Source: a bacterium (GTDB lineage Bacteria > UBA8248). Taken from it: 64,000 nt of DNA. Every line of letters begins with the position of its first letter. Within the stretch, counting starts at the first letter, position 1. Under the pieces are notes generated by a model, which was given only the letters and a program-made list of their open reading frames with translations, was not told where the DNA came from and did no database searches. Below are positions 52,462 through 63,942 of this stretch, piece after piece. The stretch spans positions 2,208,001-2,272,000 of the forward strand of contig OZ242260.1 in NCBI GenBank assembly GCA_965207065.1, read 5' to 3'. The position numbers and the translations under genes are program-made.

Positions 52462-53613
52462 CGATGGAGTGGACGCGCCCTCCCGGCGCCATCAAACTGG
52501 GCGTGTTGACATTGGTCTGCCGCCCTGCGGGAGGAGCGAGATGGAACAGGTCCACATCATCGGTATCGACTTGGCGAAACACGGATTTCAACTCCACGGC
52601 GCGCGCCCGGACGGGTCGGTCGCGTTCCGCAAGAAGCTGACGCGGGGGAAGGTGTTGGGTTTTCTGGAATCGCAGCCTCAGTGCCGGGTTGCGATGGAGG
52701 CATGCGGGAGTGCGCACTATTGGGGCCGCGAGATCGGCGAACTCGGCCATGAGGTGAAGATCATGCCACCGCGATATGTGAAGGCGTTCGTCAAGCGTCA
52801 GAAGAACGACGCCGCGGATGCAGAGGCGATCTGCGAGGCGGCCTCTCGTCCCACGATGCGCTTTGTGGCCGTGAAGACAGAAGAGCAGCAGGCTTTGGGG
52901 ATGCTGTTCCGCACGCGCGACTTGCTGGTTCGCCAGCGGACCCAGACGGTCAACGCCTTGCGCGGGCACCTGGCGGAGTTCGGCGTCATCGCCCCCAAGG
53001 GTACCGCCCACGTCGTACAGCTGGCGTCCGCCGTTGCGGACCCGGACTCGGGGCTGCCCGAGTCTGTTCGCGAACCGGGCGGGCTTCTGCTCGGGCAGAT
53101 CGCCGACCTGAACAGGAAAGTCGGGGAACTGGAGAGCCGGATCCGCTCGGGCGCTTACGAGGAACAGGAGGCGAGGCGACTGATGAGCATCCCGGGAATC
53201 GGGCCGATCTGCGCGTCGGCGATACTGGCCTTCGCGCCGCCGATGGAGAGCTTCCGGAGCGGGCGGGACTTCTCCGCCTGGCTCGGCCTTGTGCCGCGAC
53301 AGCACTCGACCGGAGGCAAGTCTCGACTGGGCAAAGTGTCGAAGATGGGACAGCGCGACATCAGGCGGCTGTTGATCACGGGTGCAATGACGGTGGTGCG
53401 CTGGGCGGACTGGCGCGGCGCGCCGCCGGGCTCCTGGCTCGCCCGGATGCTGGCGCGCAAGCCGAGGATGCTGGTCGCGGTGGCGCTGGCCAACAGGATG
53501 GCGCGCATCGCCTGGGCGCTGATGACGAAAAGAGAATGCTACAGGGAGCCTGCGCCGGGCATCTGAACGGCAGGCGGGCGAATATAGACGGGAGGAATGT
53601 AAGCAGGTCGGAA
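52462..53613 (+). mobile_element. IS110-family (IS1111-type) element; transposase 52541-53566 intact, right end apparently truncated
   Basis: IGIDLAK, MEACG, KNDAADAEAI, GLVPRQHSTGGK; left end ATGGAGTGGACGCGCCC; no matching right end seen. Confidence 0.9.
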
Positions 53614-53828
53614 GGAGCAGAGGCGGCCTTTGCTCGCTTCAACGGCCGTCCCGCACCCGATTTCAAACATCTCGACCTCTATATTTTCGTGGCAAGAGCC
53701 AAGGATGCGCTCATCCTCGCGCATGGCGTGGAGTGATCACTGATCGGGGCCGACGCTACCACGCTCATCGACCCTAAAGACCTCAACATCGGCCGCGCCA
53801 TTCTGGCCGGGGCAACGGAAAAGGCGGT
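53614..53828 (+). pseudogene. Cache-domain fragment
   Basis: GAEAAFARFN..DLYIFV..ILAHG.. * LIGAD..LIDP..IGRAIL resembles single Cache domains; in-frame TGA. Confidence 0.45.
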
Positions 53829-53995
53829 TGTGGCTTTCGCCATTTTGGAGGCGGAGAAGAGTAGATATCCTTCTCTCGTATTATATATCGACATAAGTTC
53901 ATGCTTCTGTTTCGTAATCGGGCTGATTCCATATCCCGGCTTTTCAGTAGCGCGATTGACATTCTTTCCGTTAATCGACGGGATGCACGCGCCGC

Positions 53996-54811
53996 TCATC
54001 TTCCGTGCGCAAACAATTCCCGGAAATTGCCGAGAAGGAACAGCGCCGCCGCTGCTAAGATGATGCACGGCCCCGCGGGCGCGTCCCATTCGACCGACGC
54101 CCAAAGTCCCGCCCCTACTGAGACGATTCCCGCCAGGACGGCGAGCGCCGCCATCTGCTCGGGCGTTCTGGCGAACCGGCGCGCCGCCGCCGCCGGGATG
54201 ATGAGCATCGAGGTGATGAGCAGAATTCCAATCAGCTTCATGGCGACTGCGATGATGAAGGCAATCAGGAGCATGATGACGAACTTCACGCGGAAAGTCG
54301 GGACACCTTCGGTATTCACGAGTTCCTCGTGCACCGTGACGGCGAGAAGTCCCCGCCAGATAAAGGAGAGCGTTCCCAACACAGCCGCGCCGCCAAGGTA
54401 GATCCACCACAGATCCATCGCTCCGACGGCGAGGATGTCCCCGAAGAGATAGCCCATCAGGTCCACCCGGATCGTTTCCATCACGCTGACGGCGAAGATG
54501 CCCACTGAAAGCACCGTGTGCGAGAGTACGCCCAGAAGCGTATCAACGGCCAGTCTCCTTTGCTTCTGAAGCAGGAGAAGCACCAGCGCGAAGCAGATGC
54601 ACGCGGTGAGGATGCCGAGCCGCAGGTCGATTCCAAAGGCGAAGCCCATCGCCACGCCGAGGAGGGCTGTTTGGGCGAGGGATTCCCCGAAATATGTCAT
54701 CTTGCGCCAGACGATGAAACATCCCACGGGCCCCGTCACCACGGCTACGCCGACTCCGCCCAGAAGGGCGCGAATCATGAAATCTTCCATCAGGCGCTCC
54801 TGCGGAGGCAT
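53996..54811 (-). CDS. znuB: Zinc ABC transporter permease
   Basis: GPVGCFIVWRKMTYFGESL, DTLLGVLSH, VDLMGYLFGDIL, LIIPAAAARRFARTPEQM. Confidence 0.88.
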   Translation of the reverse strand: MPPQERLMEDFMIRALLGGVGVAVVTGPVGCFIVWRKMTYFGESLAQTALLGVAMGFAFGIDLRLGILTACICFALVLLLLQKQRRLAVDTLLGVLSHTVLSVGIFAVSVMETIRVDLMGYLFGDILAVGAMDLWWIYLGGAAVLGTLSFIWRGLLAVTVHEELVNTEGVPTFRVKFVIMLLIAFIIAVAMKLIGILLITSMLIIPAAAARRFARTPEQMAALAVLAGIVSVGAGLWASVEWDAPAGPCIILAAAALFLLGNFRELFAHGR

Positions 54812-54830
54812 CTGCCGAATTCGCTGATCC

Positions 54831-55440
54831 TCATTGCGGAAACCCCAAAACCAGCAAGTCGTCGGTGAACTCCATGACGAGGTGGAGGTCGTGTGAAATC
54901 ATCAGGACGCCGCAACCCCTCTCCTCCCTTATCTGCATGATCAGGCGGTGGAGATCGATTTGTCCAGCCATGTCCACGTTCTGGATGGGTTCGTCGAGAA
55001 CGAGGAGTTCGGGGTCGCGCAGCAGGGCGCGGGTGAGAAGGACGCGCTGGCGCTCACCGCCAGAAAGGGTTCCGACGGGGCAGTCCAGCAGGTCCCCGGC
55101 GCCGACTTCCCCGAGGCTAGCCTCCATCTGTTTTCGAGACGGATTTTGCGTCAGGCGCAACAATCTGCTTACGGTGAGCGGAAGTGTGGGGTCCACCGCG
55201 AATACCTGGGGAACGTAGCCGACCTTGAGGCCCTCCTTTCTGTGAACCTCGCCCGTATCAGGCTTCAGCAGACCGAGCAAAACACGGATGAGCGTGGTCT
55301 TGCCCGAACCGTTGGGGCCGACGATGCAGAAAATTTCGCTCGCCGATATCTCAACGTTTATCTTTTCGAAAACAGGCTACGCCCCGAAGCTCAAAGCTAG
55401 ATTATTGGCAGTAATGAGCGGTGTCCGGCCCCTAATCATC
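54831..55440 (-). pseudogene. znuC: Zinc ABC transporter ATPase, disrupted
   Basis: GPNGSGKTT, GYVPQ..DPTLPLTV, LSGGERQR, SHDLHLVM; in-frame TAG near 55378; short C-terminus. Confidence 0.82.
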
Positions 55441-55890
55441 ACCGCACTCGGGGCGACGGCCGCTGATTTCCAGAACGGGCGTCTCCATCTGAAAACCGGC
55501 CCGGCCGGCGCCGGTTTTCCCGCTTTGTGTCTCGGCCACGTTTCCACAATCGCGGCTTATGAAGAATTAGGAATTGCACATCTCTACGGGCGTGGCCCAT
55601 CCTATGTAGGCGTTTGGACTCTCGATGCGGTGGACGAGGCCGGGCTGCATAAGAAAATCAAGCGCCCGGCATACGGTGGGTGGAGCGTTTCGTCCCCCGG
55701 CTGTGTTCAGGCGCTGGAGAACGTAGTAGGAGCCCATGGGAGCGTGGCTCTCCCGGAGGATATCGGTCACCCCCCTCTCGTGAGCGGCGTGAGTCTCGCT
55801 CCGCGCGTCCGGCAAATCGCCCCGGCTCGTTTCAGGGCGTTCACGATACAGGCCCCGTGGTCGTGGTCCTTGCGGGGAAAATGATTGCTG
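55432..55890 (-). pseudogene. zur: Zinc uptake regulator, frameshifted
   Basis: DHDHGAC..RGARLTP, PPTVCRALDFL..GLVHRIES, RDCGNVAE, LEISG..PEC spread across frames. Confidence 0.8.
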
Positions 55891-55980
55891 TGCGATTTCA
55901 CCCGGTGCTTCCTGACCTGATTTATGAATTCCAATACGGATCGCTCATCATTGTTTCCTTTAACTGCTGGTTCATTCCCC

Positions 55981-57135
55981 TCAAACGCCGCTCTTCGCTT
56001 GTTCGAGGGATGCGACGTTCACCGGGTGTGTGTTGCGGCGACGCTTGTCGTAGCGAATATGCAGGCGAGAGGCATCGGCGAGGCTCAGGCCCACTTCGCG
56101 CAATTCGCCCCGGCTGAATCCCTTGCCGGGCCGCCAGACGCCGCGAGTGTCCCGCACGAGGGGGAAAATACCGTTTTCCGCGAGAGCGGGTTCCAGGAAT
56201 TCATCCGGCGACTCTTGCATCACCGCAGCCGCGAGGGAATCCCCAACCTCTTCCGTTATATCTTCCGCAGGCTCACTCTCCTTGGAGATTTCCGGTTCAG
56301 GTGCAGCAGCTTCTGCGGCGCTTTCGGCTATCTCCGAGTCAGCTTCTTCGTCTACGAGCGGTGGTTCGTCTTCATCCGTCGAATCTTGCAAAACCGACGC
56401 CGTTCGTGTCTTCTCATCCTCGGCAACGGCGTCATCGACGGCTTCCGTTTCACTCTCCTGAATGACCTCTCGCTCGGGCGTGTCAGCAGATTCATCCAAA
56501 ACAGGCGCAGCCAATGTCTCGAAGTCCTCGCCGTACCCTTCATCCAGTTTGGCATCTTGAGAAAGCACGGTCTCATCCGGCGCGTTATCCGTGATCGACG
56601 CAGCCAGGGATTCCTCCACATCCTGAGCCATTTCGTCCATGGCATCCGGCTCGGTCTCCTGCGGTGCTCCCCCTTCGGGCGCAGATGCCTCCGCGACGTT
56701 ATCGACTGCTTCCGAGGCCGCGACTTCATCGTTGTGAGACGACTCCGTTTCTTCCCGCGACGCTTTTGATTCCGTCTCGCTCAGCAACTCCAGGTCGAGA
56801 CCATATTCCTCATACGGTGCTGCTTCACTAGGCGGCTCGGGCGGATCCGGCGACTCATCCGTGATCGGCTCGACCAATGCCTCCGGAGCGGGAGCATCGC
56901 CGCCATCATCCGCGTCCACGCCGTTCGCTGAACCGCTTGGCTCAGGCTCTCCGGAAACGATCAGTTCCAGTTCCTGATGCGAACCAGGCGCTTTGTCCTC
57001 CGAATTTCCCGTCGCAGACGGAACGCACGGTTCGATGGTCGCCGGAGGCGGTATCTCATACCCCTCTTTCGGTTCAGCCTGTGCGGCGTTCTTGCGACGC
57101 GCGATACGGCTCAATAAATTCTTTTTGATATTCAT
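55981..57135 (-). CDS. Acidic low-complexity protein with C-terminal eL13 (L13e)-like domain
   Basis: GAGG RBS; basic N-terminus; about 300 aa E/D/P/A-rich; C-terminal RPGKGFSRGELREVGLS..ASRLHIRYDKRRRNTHPVNVASL. Confidence 0.7.
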   Translation of the reverse strand: MNIKKNLLSRIARRKNAAQAEPKEGYEIPPPATIEPCVPSATGNSEDKAPGSHQELELIVSGEPEPSGSANGVDADDGGDAPAPEALVEPITDESPDPPEPPSEAAPYEEYGLDLELLSETESKASREETESSHNDEVAASEAVDNVAEASAPEGGAPQETEPDAMDEMAQDVEESLAASITDNAPDETVLSQDAKLDEGYGEDFETLAAPVLDESADTPEREVIQESETEAVDDAVAEDEKTRTASVLQDSTDEDEPPLVDEEADSEIAESAAEAAAPEPEISKESEPAEDITEEVGDSLAAAVMQESPDEFLEPALAENGIFPLVRDTRGVWRPGKGFSRGELREVGLSLADASRLHIRYDKRRRNTHPVNVASLEQAKSGV

Positions 57136-57813
57136 GCCGCCCTCTTTGAGATCGGAATCTCGTTGTGTAGAGAAACAATAATCCGGGGCGGTAGAAACAG
57201 GTGAGACAGGCTACGGATTCAAACTAGCGATTACGAAGGCCCGGAGTCAAGCGGCGCATCGCCAAGCGCGCGGGTTCGCAAGGGCGGATATCGACAGGGG
57301 GAAATCCGTGCAGACCGAGCGAGCATCTCTCGTTCAAACCGAATTCGAGCTATCAGCCTGTCGAACTCAGGGCCTGTCTTCTGCAATAGGGTGTATCGGT
57401 GAGGTGTTGCGATGTATCCGGTGGGGTGGACGCGCGGCGGACCGCTCCCTCATCGCTTACGCTTGCTTTCTTGGAGGAGCGGAAGCCGCCTCGGAGGATT
57501 CGGAAATATCCTTCTTGCGCCGCTCGGCGCCGTGTTCGGCCCGGTGACCGCGATGTTCCCGGTTGGGGCGATCTCCAAGGATGATCGGTTTAGGCTCTCG
57601 GCACGGAGTTTCTCGCCATTGATTTGCGCGCCGCTGGAGATCCGGAGATTATCCCGCGAAGGCAGCAGGCGTCAGCGGACAGGATGAACCGCTACGGAAA
57701 AAACCGGAATCCCGAGGCAGGGCAGCGAGCTCTTGCGGCCTGGCCTGCACGTAGCTCACCGGCATCACGGGGGGACGCCAGCGCCCGGCGAACTGTATCT
57801 CGACAGGGACACC

Positions 57814-58740
57814 CTAGTGTGATGTCCTCAACAAAAAGATGATTATAATGGATTAAGTAACGCGGCTCGTGCCCGACCGACCTTTTCGACGATCTCTGCG
57901 ACGCTTTTCGTCCAGACGAATGGCCGGGGATTTTCGTTGTAGCTGCCCACACATTCTCTGAGACATCCCTCGAGGTGGGGAACCGAAGTGAAGACCCCGC
58001 GGCGCATCCGCTTGTCGGTCAGCATGGCAAAGAACCGCTCCACCAGATTGACCCACGACGCGCTCTTCGACATAAAATGCAGGAACACCCGGTTGTTCCG
58101 CTCGATCCACCCGAGCACCTTCTCGTGCTTGTGGGTGGCGTAGTTGTCCAGAACGATATGGATCTCCTGGTCTTTCGGCGCCTGCCTCTCGACCTCGCGC
58201 AGGAAGCGCAACACCTCCTGGTGGCGATGCTTGCGATACGTCTTGCCGGGCACTTCGCCGGTCGCCACGTTGAGCGCCGCGAACAACGTGGTCGTGCCGT
58301 GGCGCTTGTAATCATGCGTCATCGTTGCAATGCGTCCCTTCCTGAGCGGCAACCCCGGCTGCGTCCAGTCCAACGCCTGTATCTGACTCTTCTCATCGAA
58401 GCTGAACACCACCTCTTTCCCCGGTGGGGTGAGGTACAATCCCACCACGTCCTGCACTTCTCCTCGAAACGCGCGTCGTTGCTCAACCGGAACGTCCGTA
58501 TCAGGTGCGGCTTGAGCCCGTGTGCGCACCACACACGATACACGATGCTGTGCGTTGTCCCCAGATACCGCGCATGCTCCCGGCTATCCTTCCCGTCGTG
58601 ATTCCCGCCGCACGGCCGTTCCTTCTCGATCATCGATACGCCTTCCGCGGTAACCCGCGTGCGCCAGCGACCCACCTAGTTCGCGTCGACCCCCAACTCC
58701 GCCACTATCGCCTTGTTCGTCATCCCTCCCACGGCCAGCA
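57814..58740 (-). mobile_element. IS630-family element, frameshifted transposase
   Basis: DEKSQIQALD.TQPGLP, THDYKRHGTTTLFAAL, VLDNYATHK, SWVNLVERFF; CTAGTGT end at 57814; N-terminal half split across frames. Confidence 0.88.
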
Positions 58741-58876
58741 AGGATGAATGTTAAGCGAGTCCCTCTAAAGCCTAGTTTTATCAAGTCTTATACCCTGCAG
58801 GTTCCCCAGAGAGAAGCCCTACAAGAGAAGTTAACTTATCGAGCATGCGATTAATAGTCATCTTTCGCTTGGTGGT

Positions 58877-59479
58877 TTGGAAAGTGAAACGGATCCGAAA
58901 AGACAGATAAAGAATGTTTTGAAGAATTTGATCGAACATGTGTACTTCGAACATGTTACACAGGGACTCTATCGAAAGGCAGATAAAGTCGAATCCATTC
59001 GAACAGTTGATGAGTTCCTCGCTGCTCATGGAATGCCACCCCTCCCCAAACAAAAACAAGCAAAAGAGGATGAAAGCAAAGAGAAAGAACCAGAGATACT
59101 TCCAGTAGAATTAGAAATAGGCTCCGGTTCAGAAGTCGTCAATGCGTGGTATTTTCCGGCATACAAAGAGTTAGCTGAATTTAAGAATCAGGATACATGG
59201 CCTATCAAGATCGGTCGCTCCGATGGTGAGCCGACAAGTCGAATCAAAGATTCTATAGATCAAGCTCCCGAGAAACCCGCGATAGCATTCCTTCATTACG
59301 TTGATGATTCGCGTGAAAGTGAGAAGTGGTATCACATTCACATGAAATTGAAGAAAAAACATATCAACCAAGCGATCGGTGATGAATGGGTTGACTCCAA
59401 CTTATCTGAATTACGCGAAATGGGAGAAGTTCTAGAAGATATCCTGACCAAAAGCAAGGGTGTTTCGAATGACACATAA
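58877..59479 (+). CDS. Hypothetical protein with GIY-YIG/T5orf172-like C-terminal domain, possibly 5'-truncated
   Basis: AWYFP..WPIKIGRS..P.SRI..EK..H..GDEW; AT-rich relative to flanks. Confidence 0.5.
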   Translation: MESETDPKRQIKNVLKNLIEHVYFEHVTQGLYRKADKVESIRTVDEFLAAHGMPPLPKQKQAKEDESKEKEPEILPVELEIGSGSEVVNAWYFPAYKELAEFKNQDTWPIKIGRSDGEPTSRIKDSIDQAPEKPAIAFLHYVDDSRESEKWYHIHMKLKKKHINQAIGDEWVDSNLSELREMGEVLEDILTKSKGVSNDT

Positions 59480-60431
59480 CGCCCCAAGCAAGCATTTCCG
59501 GTCAGACATATCCATCATTGAGTTGATGGATATGCTCCCGGACGAGGACGCGGCCCATGAGTGGTTCGAGTCCGTATACTGGCCCGAGGTGAGGTGCTGC
59601 TGGCATTGCGGGAGCGTCAAGACGAGTCCCGTCAAGAACCGCAAGCCCATGCCCTAGTGGTGCGGGGATTGCAGGAAGTATTTCAGCGTCAAAACGGGCA
59701 CTGCTATGGCAAGCTCGAAAATCCCCATGCGCAAGTGGGCAATCGGGATATACCTCTATCTCACCTCGCTCAAGAGCGTTTCGAGCATGAAGCTCCACCG
59801 GGATTTGGGGATCGGACAGAAGGCAGCCTGGTTCATGCTTCACCGATTGCGCGAGGCGTGGAACCTGGAGGATGGGCTTCTCTTTGATGGCCCGGTCGAG
59901 GTTGATGAGTCATTTTTCGGGGGCCGGCGTCGCAACATGAGCAACGAGAAGCGGGCGAAGGAAACGGGACGAGGCCCAGCTGGCAAATCGGCTGTTGTTG
60001 GTCTTAAGGATCGCTCTACAAACAAGGTGAGAGCGAGGATGTTATCCAAAATGGACGCACGCACGCTTCAAGGCTTCATCGTGGAGCATACGAAAGAAGG
60101 GGCGATGATTTGGACGATGCGAGCGCATACGACAGCCTCCATAATCATCAATCCGTCAAGCACTCCGGTGAGCGAGTTCGTGAAGGGTCAAGCGCATACG
60201 AACGGCGTAGAGAGCTTCTGGTCGATGCTCAAGAGGGCGCACAAGGGAACGTTTCACAAGATCAGCCCGAAGCACTTGAACCGATACGTTCAGGAGTTCG
60301 CAGGAAAACACAATATTCGGGGTGAGGATACCCTGGAGCAAATGAAGTTCGTCGCGCTTGGGCTTACAGGATAACGTCTCAAGTATCGTGATTTGATTGC
60401 AGACAATGGGCTTTCTAATGAAGCTGTCTAA
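59468..60431 (+). mobile_element. IS1595-family transposase pseudogene
   Basis: CWHCGS..C.DCRKYFSV zinc ribbon, VEVDESFFGG, HTNGVESFWSMLKR; TAG 59655-59657, frameshift near 60110, TAA 60372-60374. Confidence 0.88.
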
Positions 60432-60693
60432 TCAGTGATCAAAGGTAACGGATGACAATATTATATCCGGTTTTCACCGCGCCGTATAGTACTTGCGGCT
60501 GAACGGCTTTTTGGTCGCTCCTCTCCGGTTATAGGCTTTCTCTGTTCGTGAAGCCCGGCTCCCGCATTGCCCGGCATTGAAGCCGTGTGCTAAACAATAC
60601 ATTCTGGAACGACACTACAATCAAACGATAAGTGAGAGTCCGCCGATAAACGTCCATTTCAACACGAAATAAGCGATAGGAGAACGAATTGAA

Positions 60694-61560
60694 ATGAAGT
60701 TGCGTGTCGAAACGCTCCTGGTGACTGTTGCGCTATGGGTGTTACCGGCGTTTGCAAGTGCTGCTCCCGCGCATTGTAAATACTGGAACACGCTCTCCTT
60801 TTTCATCAGCGCCGATTCGGGGGATGTCGCCCATTGTCTCAAGACGAAAAACGCAAACGCGAGCGACGTGGCTGGTCTTACCCCCATGCACCGCGCAGCA
60901 GGCTTCGGGAGAAACCCTGTACTGGTGAATATCCTGGCGAAGTCGGGCGCCAAGCCGAATGCGCTTGATGCGAAGAAGATGACGCCGCTGCACATGGCGG
61001 TGAGTTTCAACAGGAATCCCGCCGTCATCACCGCGCTCATAGCTGTAGGGGCCGACACCGAAGCGAGAGAGCGACGCACGTGGACACCACTCCATCTGGC
61101 GTCGGCATTCGGCAACAAGCCCGCCGTGATTCGCGCGCTCGTGAAGGGGGGCGGTAAATTGGAAGCACGGACAGGGGTCGGGCGTACGGCGCTTCATCTC
61201 GCCGCCCTGAAAGGCTTGTTCCCTACCGTGGCCTTGCTCATCAAGCTTGGAGCGAAGGTGTACGCGCGCGACATATACGGCCGCACGCCGCTTCACTTGG
61301 CTGCCCAGGCGAGTTCACCCGCCGTTGTGCGCGCACTGGTGCGGGCGAAAGCGAAAATAAATGCGGGCGATACGCGCGGAGAATGGACACCGTTTCATCT
61401 CGCGGCGTGGTACGGCAAGAACCTCGCCGTCGCCAAGGCCTTGTTCGAGATGGGGGCCGATAAACAAGTAAAAGACAAATTCGGCAGAACGCCGTTTTAT
61501 TACACGAAGTACAACGAGAACCTCAAGGAAAGTGTCGACTACTTCAAACCGAGGAAGTGA
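60694..61560 (+). CDS. Exported ankyrin-repeat protein
   Basis: Signal peptide ending ASA; six TPLH-type repeats (TPMHRAA, TPLHMAV, TPLHLAS, TALHLAA, TPLHLAA, TPFHLAA). Confidence 0.93.
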   Translation: MKLRVETLLVTVALWVLPAFASAAPAHCKYWNTLSFFISADSGDVAHCLKTKNANASDVAGLTPMHRAAGFGRNPVLVNILAKSGAKPNALDAKKMTPLHMAVSFNRNPAVITALIAVGADTEARERRTWTPLHLASAFGNKPAVIRALVKGGGKLEARTGVGRTALHLAALKGLFPTVALLIKLGAKVYARDIYGRTPLHLAAQASSPAVVRALVRAKAKINAGDTRGEWTPFHLAAWYGKNLAVAKALFEMGADKQVKDKFGRTPFYYTKYNENLKESVDYFKPRK

Positions 61561-61747
61561 CCCCCTGGTCGGGTTTAACATCGCAACTCCAAGTAAAACC
61601 CACCCAACCCCATCACACGCCGCTGCCGGACAGCAATATCTCCTCTGTTGCCCCAAGAGCCCGCCGCGTCGATTCCATCGACTCATATGAGATTGTCCCA
61701 TAGACAGGGAGCCGACAGCCTAGTCGAATCCTTTGCGGCACAAGGTA

Positions 61748-62389
61748 TCAGGTTCGATGAGCATACGATCCTGGAGGGTCAGGCCGCTGCGTACATAGCG
61801 CGCAAACCGCGTCTTCGGGGTACGGGTTGTTTTTGAGCATCTTCGGACACTGGTTACAGCGTTCGTGAACCGCCACATTCAGGACGACTTTCCTAGGGTA
61901 TCCCGATATTCTCCGCCTGGAGCCGTAAGGATTTGCATAAGTCCTGATACAGGCGTTACCCAGAACCTTTTCGGTTTTATTATAGGCGCTCCTGTAGGCG
62001 GCTATCCTGTCTTTTCTGTTTTCGATTCTTCTGGTTCCTCGGCGTGTTTTTCTTCGGGTAGCCTTATAAGCTTTTCTGGCTTGTGCTCTGGTCTTGGAAG
62101 CGACTTTTCTGGCAACCGTTTCGGCGCATCTCTTTTTTGTGTAGGCATCCGATTTGGCTCGCTTGAACGTCTTGTCGGCGGTTTTTCGATTCCAGGTAAA
62201 CCTTTCCAGCACTTCTCATCTTAACGAAGGCGGCTTTGGGGACTTTCGCCAAGGGTCCACACCCTTGGCGAACGAAATTTCGGCGTTGAGATAGTCCAGA
62301 CAGTTAGGCGCTTTGCGCCCTGGCAGGCGCCGCAAAAGCCACCAGGATCAGGATGAATAAGGCTGCGAACACAGCGATTATTGTTCTCA
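61748..62389 (-). pseudogene. Probable degraded exported basic protein
   Basis: Signal-like MRTIIAVFAALFILILVAFAAPARA then stop/frameshift; downstream K/R-rich ORF. Confidence 0.3.
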
Positions 62390-63039
62390 TACCTATTCTC
62401 AACGTGCATGACAGTTCAGGCAAAACCCTATTGGCGAATAACGATGAAACACCCCGCAAAAACTAGACTCACGTGGATGCTCCCAAAGAAACAAAAGCCA
62501 TGACCAGATCAAAGGGACTTCTGGCTGCCACCCTACGGACAAACCGGAAGCTAGTCTTCAATCGGTAACATCAACGTGTCTGTCGCGACGCGAGCGAAGG
62601 GATGCCAGGACCGAGGAGTCAGTCTCTCGCGCTTCGTTCGTATCTCTACTTGCTTGAGCACCGGGGAATGTACCTCTACCTGCCGCGCTACACCGTGATA
62701 CAACTCGCAACAGGCGAGCAGGTCGCGATGCGCCACATCTTCGCTAAACTATCGAGCGAAGAATTGGAAATCATGACCGATACCTCGCCCATGATGACTC
62801 TGAGCGGGTATTTGTTCGCCGCAATTCCGTGCCGCTGGTTCGCATACGTATTGTTGGGAGTCAGACAATTCGGAAAGTGGGGTGGAACCGCCTGAATTTT
62901 TCAAGAAGTCGCCTTTCTCTACGTTTTTTTCATGAGCACGGGTATAATGCGATTACTCCAAAGGGTTTTCCTTCACCCAGGAAACGCCGCGGGGGGTCCG
63001 ATGGACAACGCCGGTTTCATCCAATAACTGACGGACGTA

Positions 63040-63942
63040 GTGGGGGAGGACGCACCGGGTCTGGACCTGCGCGGTTTCTTCATTGGTTCCTAAGGCACGT
63101 TCGCCATCATCACGGAACTCACCGTGCGGCTCACGCCCAACCCCGAGAGCGTGCACACCATGCTCGCGTGTTTCTCTCGAGTGGGGGATGCCTGCCGGAC
63201 GGTGAGCGACGTCATTGCGGCCGGGGCCGTGCCAGCCGCGATGGAGCTGATGGAGCGCTACACCATTGAGGCGGTAGAAACCGTTGTTCAAGCGGGCTAT
63301 CCCAAGGACGCAGAGGCCGTTTTGCTGCTCGAACTCGACGGCCTGCCGTCTTCCATCAAACCGCTCGAGACCCTCATTCGCGATGTATGCGAGAAGAACA
63401 ACAGCTCCTCGTTCCGGGTCGCACAGACAGAAGAGGAGCGCGAAAGCCTGTGGATGGGCCGGAAAAAGGCGTTCGGCGCCTTTGGGGTCATCGCGCCCGC
63501 CTACTATTGCCTGGACGGCACGGTTCCCCGCTCGAAACTCGCGCAGGTGCTTGATGAGTTTGATGAAATCGCCTCTCGCTACGATTTACGCATCACGAAC
63601 GTGTTTCACGCCGGGGACGGGAGCCTGCACCCGAACGTCCTGTTCGACGATCAGGCGCCCGGGGAAACCGAGCGGGTGATTGAATGTGGAGCGGAGGTGC
63701 TGCGCGCGTGCATCCGGGCCGGGGGCGTGCTCTCGGGCAAGCACGGCATCGGCCTCGAGAAAATCAGGGAGATGAAGGAGCAGTTCGACGAATCCACGCT
63801 CGAGATCATGGAGCGCGTACGCGACGCCATCGACGAAGACGGCCTGATGAACCCCGGCAAGATCATGCCCGATGAGGAAAACGTGTTCCCGGTCGCTTCG
63901 GGCGGCGCCCTCGCCCGGATGGGCGGGGGGATGACGAAGTAG
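63040..63942 (+). pseudogene. glcD: FAD-linked oxidase (GlcD-like), 5'-truncated
   Basis: DLRGFFIGS*GTFAII (GSEGT with TAA), DGTVPRS, HAGDG.LHP, SGKHGIG (normally GEHG), LMNPGKI. Confidence 0.8.

Noticed and set aside
57300-57810. Short overlapping ORFs
   Set aside because: No supportable family assignment
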